From Pavona decussata (lineage: Eukaryota), in the NCBI GenBank assembly GCA_977016875.1, contig CDRNST010000007.1:3162001-3226000 (forward strand): a stretch of DNA of 64,000 nt, in the 5' to 3' direction. Both the position numbers and the translations under genes were made by a program. This document shows positions 35,301 through 49,065 of this stretch, one piece after another (within the stretch, counting starts at the first letter, position 1; every line of letters starts with the position of its first letter). The notes under the pieces were generated by a model. The model made no database searches, was not told where the DNA came from, and worked only from the letters and a program-made list of their open reading frames with translations.

Positions 35301-38300
35301 ATTCAGGGGTTTCTCGCCAACTTAACCAGATTTTCTGTAAAGCAGGTTGGAGCAAATGCGTGATAAAATCTGAAGTGTAAACGTTTAGATGAACGATATT
35401 AGGCAACGTAGCCCTGTGTACCCTGTACAATCAAGAGGATTGTGTCTTTGGAGACTGGATGAAATCCTAATTTTTATCATTCAGAGCAGGGGGGGCTAGC
35501 AGCGAGGCCTGGAACCGAGTATTGATGATCGCCCCAGTTAAGAAATTTGACCGAGCGAGACTAAGTACCGTTTTTTTGATAAACAAACATGGCGGCGATT
35601 TTATGTGAAGGCGCGTCTGTGCGGATTCGCAAATAATTTGGCTATTCGACGTCCAAACATCACAGGAAAGTTTCGGTCTCTCTTTTACCTGAAGTTTGGT
35701 CATCAAGAGGGATCACGGATGCAAATTCTGCAGCGAAAAACGAAAATACTGTAACCAACGACTAGCTGACCCACATAGTTCACAGGGCTAGACCAGTGAG
35801 ACTTCTTCCATTCCACTTTATCGTTACCTTCCCTATAGATTTTTTCATTTAAGTACACTGTAGAATCTCTCCCTTTACAGCAACTACCCACTGGGAGTCA
35901 ACAAACTGTGGATGCTCTGATGATCTAATTCTCTGTTTTGCTTAAGTTAAAATGTTATTGTCATGCCCATACTCTCAACAACAGATTTTTCTTCTCTAAT
36001 CTCTTCTAAATGGTGAGCAGTTGAGAGGTGATGTTAGCAGCATTTTGCTCTTCAACTTTGCCGAGTGAGCCACAAATATTGACTTTTGAATTCATTATGT
36101 ATGCTTGGTAATAAATCTCATCATTTTAAAGAGATGAAGTTATCTTTCATTAATTTAGATTTTGTCTGTCATACCTCTGGGGTGAGAACTGGAACATAAA
36201 AGAGGCAGGGCGCAGCAATACTCCAGCCAGTCATTACACTGTGCAAGTGTGCGAAAACGTGCAGTAATTGCATAATTTACAATATGCTAATTACACTTGA
36301 CTATGTTACACAATATGTACCAATTAAACAGTATTGCAGTATGTTACAGTTCTGATGTATATTGTCATGTTTTGATGACATAATTATACTGCAGAGTAAT
36401 GTGGTCAGCTGGGTTAATCCTCGAGTTGCTAGAAACACTTCAGTTATCAAGGGGTGATAATTTACTTTTAGATTGTCTTCTTTGAAATGGCTGTTCAATA
36501 CATAGAGAAACCATGGTTGATTTACCATCCCGGAATCTATTTGGTACTGTATCTCCCTTGCAGTTGGTTGTTAGGGTGTATTCCCAGTGGCCCCATTTTG
36601 GCATCCACCAATGGGGGAAAACCACCATACCGATACAGGTGTTCATGGACATCTGTATTGTAAAGGGCGACAGGTAATACAATAATATTTACATGTACCT
36701 TTCAAGGTTTCTGCACATGCATGTGGTTTCTGCAAGATCTCAGTGTACCAGTACATTGTTCACCCGGTGCTACTGAACTCAACTTCCCAATTTTTTGCAC
36801 GAGAGAATAAGGACCTGAATGTCTTTTCACGTAAGTTAATCTCCCCATACAGACAAGAGACAAACACCCTTGCAACCACTCATACAAACCTGGTAGCTCT
36901 ATTCACAATAATGTTGAGCAATCTTCTTCTGAGATCTTTATCAGCTATCCTTTCCAGTTGCAAAATTTTCTTATCCAAAAATTTCTTAAGGACTCAAGCC
37001 GTTTTCCTTGTGTATGCATTTAAACAATTTTTTGTGCATTAAAATTAAACTTACAGGAATAACTGTCGTCACGCAACATTTAAACAGAGGGAGAATTCCG
37101 TAAAATAAACATGCTGTTTCATTCGTAACGACGCTTTCAACAGTTGATACGCATAAAATGTGGCGCAAATACTTTTAATACGCTTACATTAAAGTTCCAA
37201 GCCGATCTTGAGAAATAAGCTTACATTCTGGGCTTTCGCGATGACAGTCGTGAAACACTGCGTGGCTTCTAGTTTCTTCAGAACTGAAGAACAATCGAAA
37301 TTGAACTCTACTATTTTGTCGACGTACAATATCTTCCTGAGACGACGAAAACCATAATCGTTCGCTACACTACAAATCATATTCTTCACCACATACACTC
37401 GCTGAAAACATGTCGCTCGCAATTTCATTGCTGACGACTCTACTAACCTAAATCAAAGCTGGCACCTCATTCCAGCGGTCTTGATTAATCGCAGTGTTCA
37501 AACTTCGTACTACCGCAAAATAACATGCTAACAGTAAAGTAACAATGACTTAATACGAATGCGTTTTCCTCCGTCGAGTCGCCACAGACAAAATAGCATG
37601 AATCCTTCGCATTTCGCGCATGCTCGTTACGGTTTCCGATTGATTGACAGATTTCTTTACTGGGGCGATCATCACTTTCCGAAAAGCGGCAAGATCAAAG
37701 GCAGCTGCCAGCCCCCCCTGATTCAGAGATTAAAGCTATACAGGAGTGCGTTACATTGGCGCTGTACAAGGTACCTCTAAATTTTCGGTCTGTAGATGAA
37801 ATCTCAAAGTGCGACCATTCAAATGGAAGCCATTGAGCTGTACTTTTTGTGGGGTGTTGAACAGCAGTTTTCTTTTTTTGTATGTACTTGTGATATTTCT
37901 CAAGAATTTTGAACTCAGGGATAAAGGCAGGAAAAACATCTTACGTTTTGAAAGGTAACCGAAGCACATTTGGTTCCATCCCACCACTTGGACGGCATAC
38001 GTAGTTGACCCGAGGCAGCTCCAGCTGGCGACTCTTGGATGGCAATATAATCCACGAAAGTGAGCCCATCGTCAGGGGTGATTCGTTCTGCTCGTCCCGC
38101 TTTCAGCGCACACACCTCAAATTTTAGATTCGTGACACTCTCGACCCAGGTCACTGCCGCGTCATGAACGAAGTGCCCGGTGCTGTTAAAGTAGTTGATG
38201 GATGTTTGCACGTTTATTCTGCCCTCGGAGATGTTAAAACTGTCGGCTTTAAAGTGAACTGTCTTGCATTGTACGTCGGTTGTGTTTAGACGGAGAGCCA

Positions 38301-41300
38301 CACGTCCTCTTTCGAGAACAAATGCTGAAAAATAACGTATTCAAATGAGATCAACAACCTTTGTCGAAACAGCCGAATATGAAATTCGTACTCACGTTGA
38401 CAGGGTCCGTTATGCTTCCAAGCGGCATTGGTCTCCTGCCGGCAGATCTGGTAGTCGAGTTGGCATCTGGCTTTGTGAGTGACTCCGAGGGTGTCGCATA
38501 CTTGTTGTGCAAATTCTTCAGAAGTGCACGTCGTGCAATTGCAGAAATGAGACTCGGGACCAGTCACTTCACAGTGTTTATTGGCTCCACAAGTAACCTG
38601 ATAGCACGGATCAATGTCTACAAAGGAAAAAAACCGCAAATATTAACGTCAAGTCCCAATTATAACGGACTACCCGCAGTCCAGATTGTTCAACAACTTT
38701 GAAACAACTAATACACTAGAGGTGAATGGCCTGAGAGAATCGAACAGAGCGCAGATTTGATACATATCTGCAACTCCAATCGTATTCGGACTCGACTGAA
38801 ATCCGAGAAGTAGATTATTCAAGTGATCTTCCCAGAGGAGGATAATTTTGAAGTCATAAAGACGATTCTAATATCATTTATACTATGATTAAAAAGTAGC
38901 ATTTTTCTATCGACCTTAATTATACGCGATACTTAATTAGTTCGTAAGCTATTAAGTTGTTTGAATGAGTGCTGCTCTCGAGAAAGTTGCTCATGCGCGA
39001 AAGTGATTTCACCAAGCCCCCGAATAGACCATTTGACAGAAAAGGTAACCCTTGTATATACCTTTTATAGGAAATGCTACCCCTTTCACATACCGTCAGT
39101 AGAAACACAGCATCCCTTTTCAAAACCCTTGGAATGAACTTAATGAAAGGGTTTAAAAACACCTAAATTACAGTTATCCCTTCCCTTTTGTATCTCTCCG
39201 GTCTGAAAAAGATATCCCTTTCTTACGGAGCCTCCCTGTATGGCTTACTATAGGAAGTATCCCCCGAGACTAAGTGAATGAAAAGGCGATTCTGTAGTCA
39301 AAAATCATTAAAAATATAGGTAATTGAGGGTTTGAGGCTAAAAGTTCTCACCGTGAATAGAATTTGAAAAGAAGGTTTCGCACAATAAATGACCATTAAC
39401 TCGTAATTCTCCTTCTGCAGAGGTCAGTTACTGATTTACATTCAGGCCATGTTAAGAGATAAATGATTAATTCTTCGGCCTTCTGGTGCAGAGAGTGGTA
39501 CTAATGATGATAATGATAACTCATTCCAAGTTGAACGTAAACTATTTTAATTCAAGACAAACTCCTTCTCATTTGGCAGTTGATTTAAACCTTGGGTATG
39601 AGATATCAAAAGTATTTTCCGGAAATACTCACATCCTATGGCCATATAGTTGATGGTGATTGGATCATGATTCGCATCATATCGCTGGATGTCCTTTAAA
39701 CAAACCTCAAGCTTTTCTATGCTCACCGACTGAAAGTGAAAAACGTAGTCTTTTAGATTTATGAATGCGAGGAACTGGGACGTTTTCAGTAATCAAGTCG
39801 AAAAAATATCTGACGAGTGACGTTTTTAAAAAATAGGTACGCATTGTGTACATGTTGGTATTACTGTGCACGCGCTGCGGACCTGTTTAGGGCTCACTCT
39901 TACATGCCTGATGACATAGCGAGTAGAGGACTATACATTGCACTAGCCACAAAAACAGGGCAGGAGCAGACTCAGAAATCAAATCGTTTTTACGTTCCAG
40001 GGTATACGATTAGTCGGCGATTTACATTTGGTAAATTTCTGTCTTTTGTAGCGAGTACTTTTTGCAGGAAAAATCAATGCAAGAAATGATTTTTCTTGGA
40101 CTTATTTATGTAGGAATCGCCAACCAAATAATAACCAGCAAAAGTTAAAACAACTGTGGGGTTCAAATATCTGATCCATAGAGTGTAAACACAGTCACTT
40201 GAAATCTCTTCAGTTCTCGTATACAGCTTCAACTCACCTTGACCCATTCAGACACTGCATTGTTATCCGGTTCAATGGTATTTTTGTCATGCGCAGCTGT
40301 GGTGACGATCTTGGGTACTTCGTAGAACGGTTTGGGAAAGTCGATTTCCTGAATATGAGAAAACCAAAAGGACACATTTTCTAGAGCATTTTTATCGCTT
40401 ATTCTTTGTATCGTAGTTATATTTAGACCATTTCGGAATTTCTATTGTCGAATTTCGCTCCGGGCTTTAGTGCTTCCAAGCAACCAGATTGGATAATTTA
40501 TTTGCATTTTATTTTAAAACGCTTTTATTATGTTGAGCCTGTTTTAACGTGCGTCATCTAAATGCATCCTTAATTTCAAGCCAGTATTAGTCTTTTATCT
40601 TGGAATATTATAGTAACACCATTGTTGGAACGTTATTAGGGGCTTTGAATGGGGGTACGAGATTTCAAACCAAGATACTCCTATTTACACACAGACCTCA
40701 TAAAAAAGATTAAGGCTCCCGTCATAGCCTTTTTGATTGGCTCGTTTGTCAGCAAGAAATCGAAAAGAGAAAAAGCCTAAGAAATGAAATTCTGTCAAGG
40801 TAATCTAAAGTTAATCGATCTGAAGCTTAAAAGTGATAGACCGTACGCATAGGAAAAGAGAACCCCCTCTCTTCCGTTTTGATGAAAACTAATTTCTTGG
40901 CTAGGCTAGAGATGAAATCTGTCACAACGTCTATGGTATGGATTTATTGCTAATTTTCACATATTCCTAGCCCTTTTCAGCGAGGAGTGGAGTACTGAAA
41001 ACTCAGACTTCCTTGAAAGTTGAGAGTCATGCTAAAATCGGCTGCTTATTCTATTTCTTAACTTTGAGGAAATACAAAAGAGAATCTGGCGTTTGTCATT
41101 AGCCGTCAACGCAGTGCTTAATCTCCCTCTTAAGCTCTTTCAACTCAAAGAAATACAGTGGACAGTATTCGAGGATTGGTAAGGGCCTGTACCGGACACT
41201 ATACACTGATCACCGATATAACATCAATACTGATCTGAGATATTTAAAGTGAGGGCATCGTTCGCCTCTTATACGGAACTGCGTTAGCTTACCTTACAAA

Positions 41301-44300
41301 AGCTGTAGCCTTTGGAATCGGTAGGGATAACATTGTTAGGGAAGTTCATTTCTGTTCCAAGTGGTATTGGCCAGCTGCTTGGCATCGATGACATCGCCAA
41401 CACATTCTGAAATAAATTCCAAACGATTAGTCGAACTGCTTATCACAATTCCAAAATCAAAAGTTAAAACCACCTTGAACAACACCTCAGGAAAGCACTG
41501 CTCAGCAACTCATTTGAACATCCACAGAATCAATAAGTAATTACGACCGGGTATCAAGTGTATTCAGTAGCCGCCAGATGGGACAATAGGAATCCTAATA
41601 GCTGCCCGACTACGAGTACGGAACGACTTTCAAACTAATCTCGTTCCGAAGACTCTCGGACCATAGAAACAAGATTGGTGTAACAAGTGGTTATCACTGA
41701 TATCACGCAAACTGGATTTGAAAAGTCATGCCCTAAGTTCATAGGTCCATGGTATCGAATTTGGATGTATACGCGCGAGGTACATATTCATGACTTACCA
41801 CTTTGATGTTGTCGTGAACCCCGTCAAAGTTCTTCAATTCTCGAAGACAGACTTTGAGATTTGAGTTGGTGACTTCCTCTGCCCACACGCTGGTCGCATC
41901 ATGGACGTTCCTTGGCGGATCTGTATGGACCACGGTCATGAACACCAATGGCGCGGACTGAGAAGTGAACTGAATAAAAGAGCATGTATAGTGAGCGACT
42001 CACCAGGGCCCAGTTGCTTAAAGCCCGATTAAGCTAGTCCTGGATTAAGGAGAATTTTGATTCGAGTTTAATTACTAAACAATAAAAATTTTTCAATTTC
42101 AAAACTTTTCCGTCCCTCAGTTTTGACTTTTCTTTACCATTGGCTTAAAATTAGATTGAAAACATTTTTAACGAGCGAGCTGAAAACCTCGGTTAACTTT
42201 TAATCATGGATTAGTGTTAATCGGCTCTCGAGAAACCGGGCCCTGGGGTATAACGACTTTAAACATTTATGTCAAAGTTTAGGAACCCAGCAGGAAGGCC
42301 GTGGTGACCTGAAATGTTCATGTGGAACTCGAACTGACTGAACCTTTGTTTGATACTTTGTCTCCTGGAACGGTTTGTAGTTAGGAGCTAATTTCGTTAT
42401 CATAAAGACGATGCTGGCAATGAATTACTGCACACATCCCTTTTGTTGCATAAGTGAGAGAATGACGTATAGTCTCAAGCAGACTGTATTGCGCTATTTG
42501 AGGAGAGGTGACACGGACTCTCAAAACTTTATGCCGAAAAAGGGTAGTTAAGCCAGGATGATTTACCCATATCAAAGCACCTCAACATATATAGTTCTAC
42601 AGTTTGAAACTTTAAGGCCACAGCAACTCTCAGAACAATATGATGTAATGCATTCCAGGTGATCTATTCGGTTTGTAATCATGAAGATTGAGCCTTCACT
42701 AAAAATCGGAACGCAATGACAATCATTTGTGAATATCGGTTCGAGTTAATCCCAGACTGCACCAAGTTGATTGGAAAAAACCTTACTTTTTTATTCAAGT
42801 TCTCATTGAAAGTTCCTCACCTTGCTGCCAGTGTTAACTGTCACGCATTTTGTGCCTGTGGTCCACAAAGGAATGTTTGTTACTCTGACAAGGCCAACAC
42901 TGCTCACGTCAGCAGGTTCAAAAGCTACATACGTCATATATATTTTAAGAGAACCTCCACTGATGGGTCCAGAGATGGTAACACATCCATTAAAACTAGC
43001 AAAAAACAATCAACAAAATTAGCTACTTGGCTGTATGGCTCGTTGTGGCGAAGGGCCAACGCTACGAATGTCACTTTGTTGCCCTCTTTATAACGCAGTT
43101 AATTTATTTTGACAACTAAAGCCCCGTCTACACGAGCAATTTTTATGTGGCAATTTTTATTTGCCCGAGTAGATGATGAAAAATGACCAATTTTTATGTG
43201 ACAACTGCATTTGCTGAAAAGCTGGCGGGTTAGTTTTTATGTGGCAAATAAAAATTGCCACATAAAAAAATTGTCGGTGTAGACGAGATGCCACATAAAA
43301 TGTGACAATTTTTTCAATCTCATCTATAGAACCCAGTCTCTACAGTCCCTAACATTTGCGCATCCAGCATGGCGCCATCTTGCTTTTTGCCTTTCCATGG
43401 ACATCTCCTCTGTGCGAAATTATTACTGACGCAAATTAACAACAAATATTTGTCGAGCCATCTACACGGGCAAATAAAAATTGCCACATACAGTTGCCAC
43501 ATAAAAGTTGCTCGTGTAGACGGGGCTTTAGTAACCGAATCATTTTTTTGCATCATATGGTGCCTCGTTTTTCGTCAGCGATATAACGGGTGGCAAAAAA
43601 GGGGTTTAAAAATACACGCCAGGTGTCAAATTTTTACCCGACTTGCGGTATCGATTTTTGGCGCGAAGCAGTCTCGGAAAACGCCGGGTGAAAAATTTTA
43701 ATTACGAGAATAAGGAGCTGTATTGCTCAACCGAAAGACCGAGAATATGTGGCCTATTGTTGTTGCAACCGTGTTCACACGCCAAATTGTATTTACCAAT
43801 CCTTGGCCCAGGTGTTCAAAGCCGATTAAGATAACCCAGCGTTACTATGGAGTTAATGAAGTTGTTGTAAAAAAAAATCCTAAATAGTTTTGCCTTCAGC
43901 TTTGCCTTTAACCTTTAACTTAAGCTTAAAATAAACTTTTAGAAACATTATTAACAAGTGAGATGAAGACCTCGGTTAGCTTTAATCGTGGGTAAGCGGG
44001 CTTCAAAAAGCGGTGCACCGAAATGCGTCTTAAACAACTTACCCATCGTTAGAAACTTTCTCTATCCACGATACCGCGGCTTGGTAAGCGTTTAGTTTCA
44101 ATCGTAACTGAACATGTACGTCGTTGGTAGCTCCAGAATTGCTCTCGAATTGAAAGTATTTACAAATGTAATCGTCATTCGTAGTGAAGGTTATATGCTC
44201 TTCTCCGTAATGTAGTTTGCCTATCAAAGAAAAAAATCACAAGTTTCGTTTATGAGACACATTACTTTACAAGCGAGCTATAAATTTGCTAAATGGCTTA

Positions 44301-44960
44301 GTGTAGGACGGTGTTTGACCTGTTCTGTTCTTTAGCTATTTTTTTTTAATTGGTAGACAGCTTTAGTAAAACTTGCAAAAGAATCAGTCTTTGCATCAAC
44401 GGCATAAGCAAGGCAAAACATATCATTCCAAAACTTTTCCGGGATAAATTCAGCTTGTGAGAGAAATACAGAAATATATTGTACTGTAAGACACTCGTAG
44501 AATTTTGAAAGCTTCGTAACAGCGCAAAAGGAAAGGGACATTTACAATTCAAACGCCGACCAAAAGTTCGAACTAGTGCGGAACATATATTGAATGAAAT
44601 ATTTTGATTTACTCAAAAAACCTACGATAGTCCAGTCAAGCACGTTTTCAGTGTCTGGAACGTGCGGAAAATTCTTGAACGAATTTTTCTTCAAAGCACA
44701 AAATAATGCTGAGTTACAGTACGAAAGATTGCAAACCAAATAAGTACGAGTTTAAAATGAACTTAAAGCGTTCACCGAAGACGGGAAGTTGGAAAGTTAG
44801 ACTAATTCGCGACCAAAGGCTTCGCGGTTAATTCAAAATACAGTTAGTTGTTGCTCGTAGGATTCTTCAAGAATTTGCACAAAACATAACAAGGTTTACC
44901 TGATATCGGCGTTGAACATAGTGCGAGAGAAATAAAGCACAAAATGACCAGACTTCCCAT
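32313..44960 (-). CDS. Secreted 671-aa protein: signal peptide + 3 H-type-lectin-like repeats + follistatin/Kazal domain + 3 H-type-lectin-like repeats; exons 44960-44900, 44220-44043, 42995-42821, 41969-41799, 41406-41293, 40348-40238, 39729-39633, 38617-38396, 38324-37945, 35192-35025, 33948-33832, 33242-33120, 32831-32741, 32320-32313
   Basis: 14 GT-AG exons with consistent phases (2016 nt). N-terminal MGSLVILCFISLALCSTPISG. Six ~95-aa repeats with C..(V/I).F...F...P.V...H...(D/N)A...W(V/I)E.V....F..C pattern. DPCYQVTCGANKHC...QVCDTLGVTHKARCQLDYQIC...HNGPC is FOLN-Kazal. Minus-strand AATAAA near 32125. The last 8-nt coding exon is the least certain. Confidence 0.85.
34030..34399. mobile_element. 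Kolobok-like non-autonomous element
   Basis: ttaa-aggggaagtatca ... tgatacttcccct-ttaa, with TTAA flanks and purine-purine termini. Confidence 0.7.
42003..42245. mobile_element. MITE (cagggccc...gggccctg family); related copies at ~43803-44015 and ~63050-63278
   Basis: Inverted termini cagggcccagttgct / aaccgggccctg with ccgattaa...ggatta arms. Confidence 0.65.
43120..43527. mobile_element. PIF/Harbinger-like MITE
   Basis: agccccgtctacacgagcaa / ttgctcgtgtagacggggct with TWA flanks and repeated tttatgtggcaa subterminal motifs. Confidence 0.85.
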
Positions 44961-45042
44961 GACTGAAGAAACTGCTTTGACTTTCCACGCAACCACAGCA
45001 AGTGAAGGTAGAAACTGTGAAACGCAAACGATGGGCAGGCTA

Positions 45043-45049
45043 TTTTATA
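45043..45049 (-). promoter_or_regulatory. TATA box of the lectin-Kazal gene
   Basis: gcTATAAAAtag on the minus strand ~85 bp upstream of the ATG at 44960. Confidence 0.55.
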
Positions 45050-46487
45050 GCAGGAAAACAATAGGCATTGTGATGTTTAATTTGTGTTGTTTTGAACGCG
45101 TGGGTGTGTCAAGGAAGTGTGAAATGCGCGAGAAACATTACAAACAAATTATACCAAATTGGTATTGAGAAATTTTGTTGTGAAGTTGCCTAACGCGTTG
45201 CAACTAACAGGACAAAAACCAACAAATATTCAAAGGGCAAAAATACTAATAAACGGTGTAATGACATACTGTATGAAGAAACGAAAAAGATTATAGAATA
45301 TTCTGAAGCTAATTGTAACACATTGTAGCAAATTGTGGTAATTAATTATTTATTTATTTATTTATTTATTTTCGTTTTTTTGACAAAAATAGGTGAGACA
45401 ATATTATAACTCTGACACCTTACATTTTTGTTTTCTCGTGTCAGGTTTTTATTCGAGAAAATATTAATGTTATTTAGTCAGAGGGGTACCAAGAAACATC
45501 ACATTGAGAGTTAAATATTGTATTCACACGGAAATGAACAGCGTGTTTTTCTGTGCCGGTTTGGAATAAAACTTCTCAAAAAAGGCCGTTTTAGTTCGTT
45601 CTTTTTATCTTTTTTCGGTCAACAATACAAATAATTAGGATTCTTAAAATTTCACTCTTTTCAAACAGCTGCATCGTTTGCGCCATTGCCCAGTAGTAAA
45701 GCGCAAATTTACCGTTTATACAGAGACAACTTTTAAGGACGATTTTTAACGCAACATTTTGTTGTGGCAACACGTTGAGTGGTTTTGAAGGCCGATCAAG
45801 ACAGACGCAAGACAGTTGCTTGTTAAAAGTTGTCCGCGCACTGTCACACGATAACAAAATATTGTATTGTTTTCGAACATGTTTCAAACATGATGTAAAT
45901 TTGAAGGATTTCGCAGAAAACGTACAGCGATGTCACATTGGAATCGCACTGAAAGCGCAGCTGGATTACACGTGCAACATGAATTCGCAGCCTTGGGTGA
46001 GAAAAAGTGCAGTAAAGTGCGACAAACGTTGCGTCAAAAGTCGCATTTGTTAACGGGGAAAATACATGTGCGCGAGCTTGAATTCTTATTATGTCACAAG
46101 ACGTCTCTATGGCAACTGTTCAAATGTTTATGCACTTCAACCGCCAAGTTGCGTGAAAAGAAGACGATTGTTTTGTGCGGAAAGCAGCAAGCTGGGTTAT
46201 TTAGACAAGTCTTGGTGGTTGTTAAATTGTATATCCTTATTAAAGGTGAGATTGTTTGCTTTATGAAATAGTCAGTTCGCATTTTCTCAGGCACGGGAGA
46301 TTTTACCGTTAATTTTATCCTCTCTTCAGTTTAGTTTTCTGAATGCAACGAGTTTCGTTCGACGCAAAGGCGGCAATTTGAGTGATCACGTGAACTTCGT
46401 TTCCAAAGGCTATCCTTTCATATGTCAAAGAAAAATTGCTCTAGGGCACAGCTGTTCATGGCTGCTTTCTTGTCTTGATCGCTAATA

Positions 46488-46711
46488 ATAGAGATTTAAA
46501 TCCGCGTTTACGGCAAACGGCACACGTGAGATTCGCGTTTACGTTTTCTTGAAAAAATTAGTACATAGATGAAAATAGTGCAAAATAATTCTGATCTTTG
46601 ATCTCAATTTTACTGAGAAACTGAAAACAGCGAGCGCCAAATATAGGGTAAAAATGGTCGCGCTTGGTCATTTCTACCGTTTGACGTAAACGTAATCCTA
46701 AATTTGTCTAA
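46488..46711. mobile_element. MITE remnant
   Basis: Inverted arms cgtttacggcaaacgg / ccgtttgacgtaaacg near taga...tcta ends. Confidence 0.5.
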
Positions 46712-48087
46712 GATCAGGTTTCACCTACGCTAGACCTATATTGAAAGAGACTTTTGGTACCCTACAGTGTTTTCTTTGATATCATTTCACGGACTTTCCT
46801 TAAGTTAGTGTTTTGTTCGTTTTTAACCTTCTTTGTTCAGGCGGATGGTGATAATTACGCAGTAAGAATGGTCGCATGCCGATTCATAAAGTGCAGGCAC
46901 GATTTTGTGTTCTATGATTGACAGAGAAGATTGAAAGGCGAAAAAATGTTACCTAAAAAAGTCAAATGTTGCCTTGAATATTTTCCGGCTAGTTTTAGTG
47001 TTCTTTAAAGTATTTACTATATGGAACTTGTTTTCTTTTTTTACTCCTCTTTCTTTTTTTACCAAACAAGGCGGAAACATTTGACTTAACAGGCAATGTT
47101 GTCCGAACATTGCGCCTAAACAATGCACGACATACACGGAGTAGTCGATGAGGAAACACTCCTAAAATAAAGACCCAGTGGGACACGGTAGGAAATATTT
47201 CAGTTTTGCCTTATATTCATAGTACTATTTTCAAAAAACGAACAACCACTTTGAGTTTGAATTGTGACAGGACATATTTCGATCGTTCAACGGTCATCAT
47301 CATTTGTGAGTTCGTTTACAGCTGTGATTCGAATTTATGCCAGCAATGGCGTAACATATTTTACATGTACAATTAACGGACAATATTTAAACATGCCAAC
47401 TTAAAAAATTTCATTTTGATGTAATTTCTCTTATTCATTAGTGTCCTGTCGTTTAATTTTGTTTATTCATACAATGTTATGTGATAGCTGTAATTATTTT
47501 AGTCGGTTACACTATGTTTTTCTTTGTATTTTCCGTTTTGTGAAATGTATTGTTCCTTGTCTCGCGCGCTTATTTAACGTGGGATTTTCCAAGCGGATAT
47601 AAGCAGCTAATTCTTTTAAAATAAGCTGTAGTCTACTGGGTGCAGAATCCACAATAAAAAGAATCTCTTTGACTGAGTTTGCGGCTTGTCTCAGATTCTT
47701 GTAGATGTCGGAATATTCAAAGTAGTGCTCACTTTAACTTAAGTTTAAAAAGGCATAAAAAATATATGATTTTGTCTGAAAAGGAGAGTGGTGGTCCACT
47801 CGCAAATAACGAAAGTACCAAGAAGTACCCCCTCCCTCCGGGTTTTGCAAGGAACATTCTGATGCAGCGCCATTTCTTCAAACTGAGTTGTTTACGAGTT
47901 TATCGGTTTGCTTTTAGATAATACGTGGAATGCTAAAACTGAAATCGCCTGCGTTGCAGCCGGGGTGAACTATTCCTCTAGTAAAATGATTAATAAGGAT
48001 TTAAATTAATGCAGTGAATGACAACTTGGATTATCATTTAAAGTGTGGCATTGTCGCCATTTTGTTTTATTTTAGAGTGACAGCAAA

Positions 48088-49065
48088 ATGGAAGTGCAAG
48101 CTGAAATTCATTGGGTTCCAACAAAGAATTGCCCCAGTCTTGCGCGTCCAAGCCCTCTCATGAGGTCACATGACAAGAACAGTGCAAATTCTGTACGACT
48201 TACCATGGTCAATAACAGAGAGTTACTAAACTCAGCTGAAAAAATAGAAATCGTTGATGAACAAGGAGCAGTAAAACCAGCAATTTGTAAGGTAAGAAAG
48301 TTCCCTTTCATTTTTCCTCAAAGAGTGCTTTTGTGGAATCCAGTGGAAGGTCATGGGAACTGTGAATTGAGGTTGTATTTATCGAGAGACTACTTTATTT
48401 TTCGAACGCACTATAATTATCTATCACTTACGGCCACCCACATTGTTTGCAACGTCTCGCATAATTGGCCGAGAGGAGAAAAGAACGAACAAAAAACAAT
48501 ACGCCTAGACACAAATTAACAATGGAGCTGCAGGTTATCTGGGTCAAGTGAAAATAGAGTTAGAAAAGGTGCAGGCCTGCTCATCACTTATGCCATCTTA
48601 AACTGGCTATACCAATCAAATTTAAGAAATGGATTCCAGTTCATGTATATAGCTATTTCAATTAACGTTGTCGGATCAAAGTATAAAGCTATAAGACAAG
48701 ACCTCAAGATTCTGTGGATTTTTTATGAAATCAGCTATGCCTCGCCCGTCCAGTGAAGATATGATGGTGAGCCATTTGGATGAAAGAAATGTTAGGATAC
48801 AGAAATGGATGAGGTGGCAGCCTCTTTAAAGATGTCGTTAAGTTTTTAAGCTTCGATCCGACAACGTTAATTGAAATAGCTATATGTCGCCTTGAATTCG
48901 TAATCCTGAAAGTGGTTGCATAAGCGACTCTAGGTATGGAGATAAGAATGGTATGAATCGTCTCGCGCCGCAAATGCAGTGTTCACTGATTTCTTCCTTT
49001 TCCCTTCCTTTTTTCTTCCACAGAAAAAGAAAGGATTCCTCTCAGGCTTAAAGAAACTTTTATGA
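48088..49065 (+). CDS. Putative 81-aa microprotein; exons 48088-48291, 49024-49065
   Basis: aaaATGG start just after an acceptor (ttttag at ~48076), strong donor AAG|GTAAGA, very strong polypyrimidine acceptor ...ttcttccacag. Spliced product ends KKKGFLSGLKKLL*. No homology recognised. Confidence 0.45.
48647..48885. mobile_element. MITE with ~30-bp perfect TIRs (TA flanks, Tc1/mariner-like)
   Basis: atatagctatttcaattaacgttgtcggatc / gatccgacaacgttaattgaaatagctatat. Confidence 0.8.

Noticed and set aside
45591-46294. Cluster of 66-113 aa ORFs upstream of the lectin gene
   Set aside because: No domain resemblance, start context or consistent splice signals found.
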